20,000 bases of DNA, taken from Chiloscyllium plagiosum (lineage: Eukaryota). Shown here one piece after another: positions 9,931 through 20,000 of this stretch. The notes beneath the pieces were generated by a model. That model did no database searches and was not told the origin of the DNA. It was given only the letters and a program-made list of their open reading frames with translations. The DNA lies in contig NC_057719.1 in NCBI RefSeq assembly GCF_004010195.1, positions 33,209,383 to 33,229,382 on the forward strand, written 5' to 3'. A program made the position numbers and the translations under genes. The number at the start of each line of letters is the position of its first letter. Positions within the stretch are counted from its first letter, which is position 1.

Positions 9931-10164
9931 ACCAGTTTCCTCATTTCCCCCCCCCCCACCTTATCCCAGATCCAACCTTCCAACTCAGCACGACCCTTAT
10001 GAACTGTATTACCTGTCCATCATCCTTCCCATCAATCCACTCCACTCTCCTCTCCAACTTATCACCTCTCCCCCACCTTCATCCACCTAACACACTCTCA
10101 GCGACCTTCCCCCCAGTCCCACCCCCTCCCATTTATCTCTCAGCCACCCAGGCCCACAAGCCTC

Positions 10165-10200
10165 ATTCCTGATGAAGGGCTTATGCCTGAAACATCGACT
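10165..10200 (+). ncRNA. Minimal type-I hammerhead ribozyme motif (PLE-associated, partly decayed)
   Basis: ATTC-CTGATGA-A-GGGC-ttat-GCCT-GAAA-CATC-GACT. GAAACGTC reads GAAACATC, consistent with CpG decay. Confidence 0.75.
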
Positions 10201-11142
10201 CTCCTGCTCCTCGGATGCTGCCTGACCTGCTGTGCTTTTCCAGCACCACACCCTCGACTCTGATTTGCAGTCCTCACTTTCTCCGTAGATCTGAAAAACA
10301 CTGACTGGGAGCAGCTAATTGTAGGCAAGTCTACATTTGGCAAGTGGGAATCTTTCAAAAGTAGTACAGTGAGAACTCAGGACCAGCATGATCCTCTAAG
10401 AATGATATGCAAGGGCAGCAAGTGCAGAGAACCCTAGATGACAAGGAATATTGTGAATTTAACAAAAAAAAGGAAACATTTGTCAGGTACAGTGTATTAA
10501 AAACAGGGAGGCCCTTCAAAAGTATACTGTATGTAGGAGATGCTTATGAAGGAAACCAAGAGGGCTAAGAGGGAGTACAAACTATCTTTGGCAAGGGGAA
10601 TCAAAAAAACCCCAAAGCTTGTTCTCAGTATATTAAGGGTAAGAGGATTATCAGGGATAGGGTGGGCCTATTACAGACCAAAGGAGAATACTATGCATGG
10701 AGCCAAAGGATATGTGTGAGGTCTTAAATGAAAACTTCTCACCTGTAATCACAAAGGAGAAATACATTGTAGCCAGGGATTTTATTTGGGATAGCAAGTT
10801 TCTAGAGCATGTTCACATTAATAAGAAGGAGAAATTAGATGTTTTAACAGGCATACAAGTGCGTAAGTCCCCAGAGCTTTATGAGATGGGTCCCAGCCTG
10901 CTCTGAGAGGCAAGGGAGGAGATTGATGGGGCCCTGGCAGAATTACGTAATACATTGCTGGCCACCGGCAAAGTGACAGATGATTGGATGATAGCTAATA
11001 TGCGTTCTTTGTTCAAGAATAGCAACAGGGATAGTCCAGGTTATTACAGACTAATTAGTTTGATGTTAGAAAGGGAGAAATTATGGGAAAAAATTCTGAA
11101 GGACACTATTCATCAATATTTGAAAAGCAGGGATAGTCAGCA

Positions 11143-12214
11143 GGGTGATTTAGTGGTTTGGATCAGAAATTGGCTAGCTGAAAGAAGACAGAGGGTTGAT
11201 GGGCAATATTCATCCTGGGTTATGTTACTAGTGGTGTACTGCAAGGATCTGGTTTGGGGCCACTGCTGTTTGTCATTTTTATAAATGACCTGGATGAGTG
11301 TGTACAAGGATGGGTTAGTAAATTTGCAGATGACACTAAGGTCGGTGGAGTTGTGGATAGTGCCGAAGAATGTTGCAGGTCACAGAAGGACAAAGATAAG
11401 CAGCAGAGCTGGACTGTGAGGTAGCAAATGGAGTTTAATGCAGAAAAGTGTGAGGTGATTCACTTTGGAAGGAGCAACAGGAATAAAGAGTACTGGGCTA
11501 ATAGTAAGATTCTTGGTAGTATAGATGAGCTGAGAGATCTTGGTGTCCATGAACACAAATCCATGAAAGTTGCCACCCAGGTTGATAGGGCTGTTCAGAA
11601 GGCATACGGTGTGTTAGCTTTTATTGGTAGAGTTAATGAGTGTAGGAGCCATGAGATCATACTGCAGCTGTATAAAACTCTGGTGCGGCCGCACTTGGAA
11701 TATTGTATACAGCTCTGGACATAGTATTATAGGAAGGATGTGGAAGCTTTGGAAATGGTTCAGATGAGATTTACTAGGATGTTGCTTGGTTTGGAGGGAA
11801 GGTCTTGAGAGGAACGTCTGAGGGACTTGAGGCTGTTTTCTTTAGAGAGAAGAAGGTTCAGAGGTGACTTAATTGAGACATATAAGATAATAAGAGGGTT
11901 AAATAGGGTGAACAGTGAGAGCCATTTTCCTTGGACGGTGATGGCAAGCATGAGGGAACTTAGCTGTAAATTGAGGGGTGATATATATAGGACAGGTGTC
12001 AGAGGTAGTTTCTTTACTCAGAGAGTAGTATGTGTGTGGAACACCCTGCCTGCAATAGTGGTAGACTCATCAACCTTAAGGGCATTTAAATGATAAACAT
12101 ATGGATAAAAACGGAATAGTGTAGGTTAGATGGGCTTCAGATTGGCTTCACAGGTCGGCGCAACATCAAGGGCTGAAGGGCCTGTACTGTGCTGTAATGT
12201 TCTTTGTTCTATGT
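11143..12214 (+). mobile_element. CR1 LINE C (HER1-like tail), 5'-truncated, nested in LINE B
   Basis: [74 protein letters not shown]. Tail GGGCTGAAGGGCCTGTACTGTGCTGTAATGTTCTTTGTTCTATGTTC. TCAGCA is repeated at 11137-11142 and 12215-12220. Confidence 0.93.
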
Positions 12215-12585
12215 TCAGCATGGATATGTCATGGGAAATCCTGTCTTAGTAACCTTAGTTGAGTTTTTTGAAAAAGTGACTAAATATATGACGAAGTTGA
12301 TATGGTTTACATGGACTTCAGTGAGGTCTTTGACAAGGACCCACATGGAAGGCTAGAAATTTAGAGCCATGAGATCCAAGGCAAGTTGGCAAACTGGTTA
12401 CAAAAGTCACTTGCAAATAAAAGGCAATGAGTAATGGTGCAGGGTTGTTTCTGTAATTAGGAGACTGTGATCAGCAGTATACCATTATGACCCTTGCTAA
12501 TTGTTATGTAAATTAATGACTTGGTGGTGAATATAGGAAGTATAATTAGTAAGTTTGCAGTTGGCATGAATTTTGGTGGTTTTTG

Positions 12586-12824
12586 ATTAGATTGTATTCC
12601 CTACAGTGTGGAAACAGGCCTTTCGGCCCAACAAGTCTACATCGACTTTCCGAAGAGTAACGCACCCACATGCATTTCCCGCTGACTAATGCACCTAACA
12701 CTATGGGCAATTTACCATGCCCAATTCACCTGATCTGCACATTTTTGGACGGGGGGAGGAAACCAGAGTACCTGAAGGAAACCTACCCAGACACGGGGAG
12801 AATGTGCAAACTCCACACTCACAG
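12586..12824 (-). mobile_element. 5'-truncated HE1-type SINE nested in LINE B
   Basis: Aligns with 3251-3505. Lacks the tRNA head. LINE B reading (SKFA...GG|..VDTEQDGLRLQ) resumes on the other side. Confidence 0.92.
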
Positions 12825-13675
12825 TTTTGTTGATACTGAACAGGATGGTCTCAGGCTACAGTCTGATATTGATCAGCTGGTAAACTGGGCAGAGCAGTGG
12901 CAGGTGGAATTTAATCCCAGTAAGTGCAGGGTGATGCATTTTGGGGGTCTAATAAGAGAAGCATTTACACCATGAATGGTAGACCTTTGAGGGAATTACT
13001 GAAGATCAAAGGAACCTTGGTGTACAAGTACACAGATCTCTGAAGGTGTCAGCACAGGTAGACAGGGTGGTGACAAAGGAATATGGGATGCTTTCCTTCA
13101 TTAGCCGTATGTAGAATACGGCAAGGCAGTCCAGTTACAACTTTTTAAAACATTAGCTAGGCCACTTTATGCAGTTCTGGTTACCACACTATTGGAAGGA
13201 TGTGATTGCTCTGGAGACGGTGCAGAGGAGATTAACCAGGATGTTGCTTTGGATGAAAAGTCTCAGTTATGAAGATATTGGATAGGCTGGGTTTGTTTTT
13301 CCTGGAAAGACTGAGGGGTATCTAATTGAAGTGTACAAAATTATGAGAGATATAGACAGAGTAGATCATGAGAATCTCTTTCCCACGTCAAACTTGTCTA
13401 ATACCAGACAACATAAGTTTAAAATAAGGATCAAGTAGTTGAGAGGAGATCTGAGAAAGACTTTTTCACTCAGAAGGTGGTAGAAATATGGAACTTGCTG
13501 CTTGAGAGGGTGGTATTCACACAACATTTAAGAAGCACGTGGATGAGTGCTTAAAATGCCAGGACATACTAGATTCTTGACTATGTTCAGGTTAATGGGA
13601 TTACTGTAGTTTGGTGTTTTATGGTTGGCATAGAGATGGCATACCAAAGGGCTTGCTTCAATGTTGTATGATTCT

Positions 13676-13802
13676 GATTATCACACTTAGGGCTAAAAGG
13701 ATGAAAAGATGGGGTGAAAATCAGCATTGATCATAATGAATGGCACAGCAAGATTGAAGGGCTGAATGGCCTATTCCTGCTCCTATTTTCTATGTTTCTA
13801 TG
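13676..13802 (+). mobile_element. CR1 LINE A, right part (3' UTR)
   Basis: GGGCTAAAAGGATGAAAAG...GAAGGGCTGAATGGCCTATTCCTGCTCCTATTTTCTATGTTTCTATG. Same tail class as 4960-5044 and continues the sequence broken at 9120. Confidence 0.85.
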
Positions 13803-14239
13803 GGTGAGGGTTGATATAAGTCCATGTGTAGATGCAGGTTGTGGTCCATGTGTGAATGCAGGTGGAGCAGACCCACTCATCTTTTTTATGTTGCTGTATA
13901 GTTCACCATTCTATTCACTTGGTTGTTTGCTGCTTTCCATTGCTTGTGAATAGCGTCCAATTAGATTCCAAGAACTCTTCAGCTTCACCTTTGTCTATTT
14001 CAGCAATATTTGTAAAGTACATACATTGCCTACTTTTCTTTCCCCTCTGAACAATTGTACACATCTTTATTAAACTTCATTCCTTATTTTGCTGTCTACT
14101 TAAACATATTTTTCTAACTAAACCTGGATGTTCTGAGTTGTTAAATATTGTAGTTTTCCATGATAATACAGAGTTCTTTGTTCTTTACATACAGAAGTAA
14201 CAGACATATGGATTCAACCTGTTTCAGTTTATCAGAATA

Positions 14240-14485
14240 AGTTGGTTCATTCTTTGGTTCATTCCTCAGAGCAATGCCGTGAATAATCAAGTGTCAACTT
14301 CCTTGTTTAAATTTCAACAAAATCTGGAAGTTAACTGGCAGTCATCATCAATGTGCTGCATTCTTCATGACAAGATTGCTACCAATCAGAGTTAATTTGC
14401 TAAACAAGCAGTATCTCTTCTCATACTAGATAAAATGTTGTTCCCCGGAAGAAAGCTTCATAAAAATGTGTCTTTTTCAGCAATA
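14240..14485 (+). mobile_element. Probable old PLE-type 3' terminal repeat (third family), hammerhead region apparently deleted
   Basis: CCAATCAGAG-type motifs, GTTTAAATTTCAA, CTCTTCTCATAC and terminal GAAAGCTTC...TGTCTTTTTCAGCAATA resemble a shark repeat I recall. No other copy in this window to confirm it. Confidence 0.45.
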
Positions 14486-16683
14486 ATACAGTTATATGTG
14501 TGATCGTTTAATACATTCACTTTAAGAAATCAGGCTGGGAGAAGATATTGTATCAGATAGCTGTAACTCTATCTAATCTGATGATGTCACAGTCTTTAGG
14601 TGGGGCCAAGGAATTCTGCATTGACCTTCCTAATGAACAGTTGTATTCTCTACAGCTCCTCAAAACCTTCAGCATATATAACTGGTCACTAATGTGAATT
14701 GTTCATATTGCTGTCTTATCAATAAATGGCTCTTCTGTCAAGTGATCTACCTCTGCCACTGACAATTAGACAGGCTTTAAAACAAGCCTGGACAAAGAAA
14801 GATCAGTGGAAGCAAATCATCTCAAACAACCCTTTCCCAAAGCCACAAACTGGCAGAGGTGGCAGGCATCACGAGATGTTAGCAATGGCAATCAGTGCAA
14901 ATATCACATGTAACAATTCTTTAGCTCATATCCCATCAACATGTGCCTGAATGATTTATTGTTAGCCAAGTGACTTTAGGGCCTTCCATATTGTCATTTT
15001 CTTTCTGCTCGGCAAGAGGTAACTATATAGAGAAACAGTAACATAACTAATGAAGAGAAGCTTAATGAAGCAGTTCTGCAGATAATTATTGTGGTTACTT
15101 CGGCCTGCCTACTGATGATCTACATTGAGGGATTAAGTTTTGTTCAGGTAGTTCCATAAGTAATAAACAAACACTCAACAGAGCCCAGAACTAAAACTAA
15201 AATGAATCTCAGAATGGACCAATTCCACTCTCCAAACTGTAAAGAATCATATATTCTCTAGAGCAATCCCCTCGGGTTTCTATCACAGCATGAAGCTTAT
15301 CCACTGCAATCTGTGCTCACAGAAAGTGTATGGCTGCACTCAAGAGCCTTGTAAATTCAATTTATTTTTACAGTAATGTATAGTTTACTTTCCAAAGATC
15401 TACTGCAAAAAACGCACTATTACAATATTTACCTGTGTAGTTAACTTCTTTTACAGATACATCCATGACATGTTGATAAATATTTATACGTCATACATGA
15501 AAACAAACCATAAATATCACAAACTAAAGTTCACAGGCATAGACATCCAAATGCAACAATAATTGGAATTTGAGATTTCCATTTTATCTTGTTGTCAGGG
15601 CTATCTAACTAAAAAATCCAGGAATCACTGCAATCAATCATTTTTTGTAATATAATCCCCATAAAATTTGTCTACAGAAATTAATCTGCAGATAAGAGCA
15701 TTCTGCATTTCTCAAATGATCAATGTATGATTGGACTTTAAAATGAATGACGAAAGAAAATTGAGTTTTACACTGATGCGGATCAAAATTAATTTTTGTT
15801 TTTTGAGTCCTTTTCATGACATATTCAGTACTTGCACATAATGAGCAACTTTTCCATATTATCTATATGGATGAGGCAATCTGGTTGGGTGGAGCGACAG
15901 ACATAAAGAATTCATTTCTTTTTCTGTTGTCACAAATATCAATGGTCAGACCAAGCTACTATTTCTTAATAATAAATCAGCAAGACAAAAAGAGAGTTAG
16001 TTCATTATCGTAGCTACTTTGTGATATTCAGCACTGATAGAATATTCACTAACCTCCAGATAATAAGATATCATGAATTTTCTATATAAGTATATTAATT
16101 GAAAATAAAAAAGAAAACAATGCCTTATTGTTTAGGTCAGTGGTTTGCACCACTATGAAATATTATAAACATAGCTGAATACAACATATGATGCATTTTT
16201 CATGGATTAATTTTAACTGTCTCCAAAATGCTGAAGAGATTTTTAAAAATAAGCAGGGCTTGAGACTAAAGTAAAAACTTTTAACATAAACACCTGTGAA
16301 TGCTATGGTCCCGAGAGCTCAGTTTTGAGCTGCAGTAGGTTCAATAGATATAGATTACAGCCTTGTAACTCTCAATAGTGTGCTGCAAGTTTCAAGGATA
16401 TATCCTTTTGAGAATGTAGCTATGCAATTTTGGAAGTGGCGCAATTTGTAGAATCTGCCATATTGCTTTAAATAGCACAGATACCAACTTTTTCACATTG
16501 GATTCTAGGAAGAGAAGCTATTACTGCCTGCCTTCTCTCAAACTGGAGGCAGAAGGCCCTGGGTGATTCTAAAGTTATCCTCAGTACGCTTGGCTTGTTG
16601 TAGACAAAATCTGCCATTTAAAACCTGTTTCTACTTCCTAAGGATTGGCAACTGCTTTACGTGTGCATGAGGGCACTAACCTA

Positions 16684-18749
16684 AACAACTGTTCTTAGGG
16701 AAATGCACAACAGAAATGTGGAGGTTGTTCAGGAAGCACTTGCTGATAGTACTGGTCAAGTTTGCCCCATTGACGCAAGGAAGGGATGATAGATTGAAAG
16801 AACCATGGGTGAAAAAGGATGCAGAACATCTAGTCAAGAGGAAGAAGGAAGTTTACTTACGGCTGAGGAGGCAAGGATCAGACTGGACTCTAAATGGTTG
16901 CAAGGTAGCCAGGAAGGAACTGAAGAATGGACTTAGGAGAGCTAGAAGGGGGCACGGAAAAACTTTAGCAGGTAGAATTAAGTAAAACCCTAAGGAATTC
17001 TACATTTATGTGAGGAACAAGAGGACAGCCAGAGTGAGGGTAGGGATGATCAGGGATAGTGGAGAGAACTTGTGCCTGGCGTTGGAGGAGGTGGGGAGGT
17101 CCTTAATAAATACTTTGCTTCAGTATTCACTACTGAGAGAGACCTGTCATTTGCGAGGACAGTGTGAAACAGGCTGATATGCTCCAACAGGCTGATGTTA
17201 AGAAGGAGGATATGCAGGAAAATTTGATAAACATGAGGAAACATAAGTGTCCTGGGCTAGATGGGATATATCTATAGTAATACAGGAAACGAGGGAAGAG
17301 ATTGTTTTGGCAATGATCTTTGTGTCCTCATTGTCCACTGGAGTAGTACCAGATGATTGAAGGTGACAAATGTTATTCTCTTGTTCAACAAAGGGAATAG
17401 GGATAACCCTGGGAATTACAGATCAGTCAGTCTTATGTCAGTGGTGAGTAAATAATTGGAAAAGATATTAAGAGACAGGGTTTATGATATTTGGAAAAGG
17501 ATAGTTTGATTCAAGATAGTCAGCATGGCTTTGTGAGGGCTAGGTCAGGCCTCACAAGCCTTATTGAATTCTTTGAGGATGTGACAAAGCACATTGATGC
17601 TAGTAGAGGAGTGGATGTGATGTATATGGATTTTAGCAAAGTGTTTGATAAGGTTCCCCATGGTAGGCTCATTCAGAAAGTAAAGATGCATGGGATACAG
17701 GGAAACTTGATTGTCTGGATACAAAATTGACTGGCCCATAGAGGACAGAGGTTGGGAATAGATGGAAAGTATTCAGCCTGGAGTTCAGTGACCAGTCGTA
17801 TTATGCAAGGATCTGTTCTGGGACCTCTGCTCTTTGTGATTTATATGAATTATTTGGATGAGGAAGTGGAAGGGTGGGTTAGTACATTGCCAATGACACA
17901 AAGGTTGGTGAAGTGGTAGATGGTGTGGAGGGCTGCTGTAGATTGCAACAAGACATTGACAGGATGCAGAGTGGAGTTCAACCTGGAAAAGTGTGAAGTG
18001 ATTCACTTTGGATGGTTGAATCTGAACACAGAGTGCAAAGTTAGAGGCAGGATTCCTGGCAGTGTGGAGGAACAGAAGGATGTTAGGGTCCATGTCCATA
18101 GATCGCTCAAAGTTACCACCCAAGTTGATAGGGTTGTTAAGAAAGCATATGGTGCATTGATTTTCATTAGCAGGGGGATTGGGCTTAAGAGCTGTGAAGT
18201 TATAAAACCCTGGTTAGACCACACTTGGAATATTGTGCTCAGTTCTGGTTGCCTCGTTACAGGAAAGATATGGAAGCTTTAGAGACTGTGCAGAGGAGAT
18301 TTACCAGGGTGTTGCCTGGACTGGAGGACAGATCTTATGAAAAAAGGTTGAAGGAGCTATGGCTCTCTCATTGGAGTGAAGAAGGATGAGACCTGACTTA
18401 ATAGAGGTGTACAAGATTATGAGAGGTATGGATAGAGTGGATAGCCAGAGACTTTTTCCAGAGCAGAAATGGCTATCATGAGGGGGCATAATTTTAAGAT
18501 GATTGGAGGAAGGTTTAGGGGAGATGTCAGAGGTAGTTTCTTTACACAGAGTGGTGGGTGCGTGGAATGTACTGCCAGCAGTTAGTAGAGTTAGATACAT
18601 TAGGGGCATTTAAGTGACTTTTGGTTAGGCACATGGAATAAAGTAAAATGAAAGGTATGTAGATTAATCTGATCTTAGAATAGGACAAAAGGTCAGCACA
18701 ACATTGTGGCCCGAAGGGCCTGTACTGCGCAGTACTGTTCTATATTCTA
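16684..18749 (+). mobile_element. 5'-truncated CR1 LINE (HER1-like tail), ORF2 pseudogene
   Basis: EPWVKKD, NPGNYRSVSL, DSQHGFVRARSGLTSLIEFFEDVT, MYMDFSKVFDKVPHG, QGSVLGPLLFVIY, EFNLEKCEVIHFG. Tail GGCCCGAAGGGCCTGTACTGCGCAGTACTGTTCTATATTCTA. Multiple stops and frameshifts. Confidence 0.96.
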
Positions 18750-18808
18750 ACAAGTGTCTCAGCACTATCATTCTTCAGTCTAGCGTTAACATGCACTATT
18801 TAAGCTTG

Positions 18809-19730
18809 AGAATCAGAGAACCAGTGTATCATCCTGTACAGAAGATACCCTTTTGCCCATTGAGTCTGCACTGATGAAAACTATTCTAAATCTACACTAG
18901 ACCTATTTTATAGAACTTGGACCATAGACATGAATGTCTATGGGTGGCATGGTGGCTCAGTGATTGGTACTGCTGCCTCACATGGGTTTGATTCCAGCCT
19001 CAGGTGACTATCTGTATGGAGTTTACACATTCTCCTTGTGTCTGTGTAGGTGTTCTCTGGGTTCCTCCCAAAGTCTAAAGATGTGCAGGTTATGTGAATT
19101 GGCAATGCTAAATTGCCCATAGTGTTCAGGGATGTGTAGGTTAAGTGCATTAGTCAGGGGAAATGTAGGGGAATGGGTCTGGGTGGGTTACACTTTCAGG
19201 GTTCGGTGTGGCCCTGTTGGGTCAATTTGGTGTGTTTCTGCACTGTAAGAATTCTATGGTATAAAATTTCAAGTATCCATCCATTTTTTTTTAAAAGGTT
19301 ATGAGGTTTCATGCCTCAACTACCATCCTAAGCCATACGTTCAAATTTTCCACCACCTTCTGGTTGAATGATTTTCCATCAAATCTCCTGCCTTTCATCC
19401 TAAAATTATGCCCCTCACTTTGACCCTCCAACTCAGGGGAATAACTGCTTCATATCCACCTTCCTCTTACTCTCAATCGGATTCCTCCTCAGCCTTCTCT
19501 GTTCTACAGAAAACGGCAGGAGCTTATCCAGCCTCTCTACATAGTTAAAACGCTCCATCCCAGGCAATATCCTGGTAAAGCTCCTCTACACCTCTCCAGT
19601 GCAATCATATCATTCCGATGGTGCGGTGACCAGAACTGCACACAATATTCTAACTGTGGCCCAACCGAAATTCTGTACAACTCCAACATAACCTCTCTGT
19701 TCTTATAATCCACGCCTCGACTGATAAAGG
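18809..19730 (-). mobile_element. CR1 LINE 3' portion on the minus strand, interrupted by a SINE and by a PLE at its right edge
   Basis: Minus strand reads EYCVQFWSPHHRNDMIALER then FTRILPGMERF (19550-19660). 3' UTR ends ...GGTTCTCTGATTCT near 18809. Confidence 0.9.
18942..19256 (+). mobile_element. HE1-type (V-SINE) SINE nested in the minus-strand CR1
   Basis: GGGTGGCATGGTGGCTCAGTGATTGG (A box), GGGTTTGATTCC (B box), body aligning with 3251-3582, tail CACTGTAAGAATTCTA. TCTATGG is repeated at 18937-18943 and 19253-19259. Confidence 0.92.
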
Positions 19731-20000
19731 GAGAAAGTGAGGACTGCAGATGCTGGAGATCAGAGCTGAAAATGTGTTGCTGGAAAAGCGCAGCAGGTCA
19801 GGCAGCATCCAAGGAGCAGGAAAATCGACGTTTCAGACATAAGCCCTTCTTCAGGAATGAGGAAGGTGTGCCAAGCAGGCTAAGATAAAAGGTAGGGAGG
19901 AGGGACTTGGGGGAGGGGCTTTGGGAATGCGATAGGTGAAAGGAGGTTAAGGTGAGGGTGATAGGCCGGAGAGGGGGTGGGGGCGGAGAGGTCGGGAAGA
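19729..20000 (-). mobile_element. Penelope-like element 3' end (same subfamily as 9314-10287); runs off the window
   Basis: Reverse complement aligns with 10095-10284 and ends at the same CTCACTTTCTCC terminus. Confidence 0.93.
19823..19858 (-). ncRNA. Minimal type-I hammerhead ribozyme motif with intact catalytic core
   Basis: Minus strand: ATTC-CTGAAGA-A-GGGC-ttat-GTCT-GAAA-CGTC-GATT. The GAAACGTC palindromic stem III and GUC triplet are intact. Stem II has two G-U pairs. Confidence 0.8.

Larger units (their letters stand above)
9314..10287 (+). mobile_element. 5'-truncated Penelope-like retroelement (Neptune-like) with GIY-YIG endonuclease remnant and 3' pseudo-LTR
   Basis: Translates VLTFHPTKLRIHHII...DPTTRDIFPSPP, Cys-rich linker PCHLRNCKTC, VIYCIHCSRCSPLYIRETG..FREHL (GIY-YIG), HFNSPSH, EEKHLIFRLGTLEPHGIN. 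Hammerhead at 10169-10196. Flanked by the exact 13-bp direct repeat GATCTGAAAAACA (9301-9313 and 10288-10300). Confidence 0.95.
9121..13675 (+). mobile_element. CR1 LINE B, 5'-truncated; inserted in LINE A and itself interrupted three times
   Basis: Segments 9121-9313, 10301-11142, 12221-12585 and 12825-13675 join into a colinear ORF2: HFWNSDYNSL (endonuclease end), DWEQL, KSPELYEMGPSLL, NRDSPGYYRLISL, RDSQ|HG, YMDFSEVFDKDPH, SKFA, LQSDIDQL..WQVEFNPSKC, then 3' UTR ending TGTATGATTCT. Many stops and frameshifts. Confidence 0.9.

Noticed and set aside
12670..12975. Chimeric SINE-RT ORF of 101 aa
   Set aside because: Accidental read-through from an antisense SINE into a decayed LINE fragment; it frameshifts out after MHFG.
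14578..15125. Other CTGATGA occurrences (14578, 15112; also 18871) as hammerheads or C/D snoRNA boxes
   Set aside because: No following hairpin plus GAAA, and no suitably placed D box with a terminal stem.
16676..18760. TSD for the 16684-18749 CR1 (CTAAC or AACAA-like matches)
   Set aside because: Too short and ambiguous, and overlaps probable element sequence.
1..20000. CRISPR array or long tandem repeat
   Set aside because: No regularly spaced direct repeats seen; only short LINE tail repeats and homopolymers.

Overview
Eukaryotic, repeat-dense, non-coding DNA (intron or intergenic) from a cartilaginous fish. The shark assignment, probably a carpet shark, is inferred from recognisable repeat families. 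No intact host protein-coding gene, rRNA, tRNA gene or CRISPR array is supported. Most ORFs in the track are pieces, or antisense reads, of decayed retroelements. The window holds about 8 CR1-clade LINE remnants of different ages, three HE1/V-SINE-type SINEs, a DeuSINE-like SINE, another tRNA-derived SINE and several Penelope-like element (PLE) fragments. Two features stand out. (1) Three PLE 3' ends carry minimal type-I hammerhead ribozyme motifs (1045-1082 +, 10165-10200 +, 19823-19858 -) with compensatory stem changes, each followed by a conserved ~31-nt motif. (2) A nested retroelement stack at ~8700-13802: a CR1 is split by a second CR1, which is itself split by a GIY-YIG PLE, a third CR1 and a SINE. 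Target-site duplications are readable at the CR1 and PLE junctions and only weak at the SINE. Family names come from my recollection of repeat consensus sequences, not from a database search.
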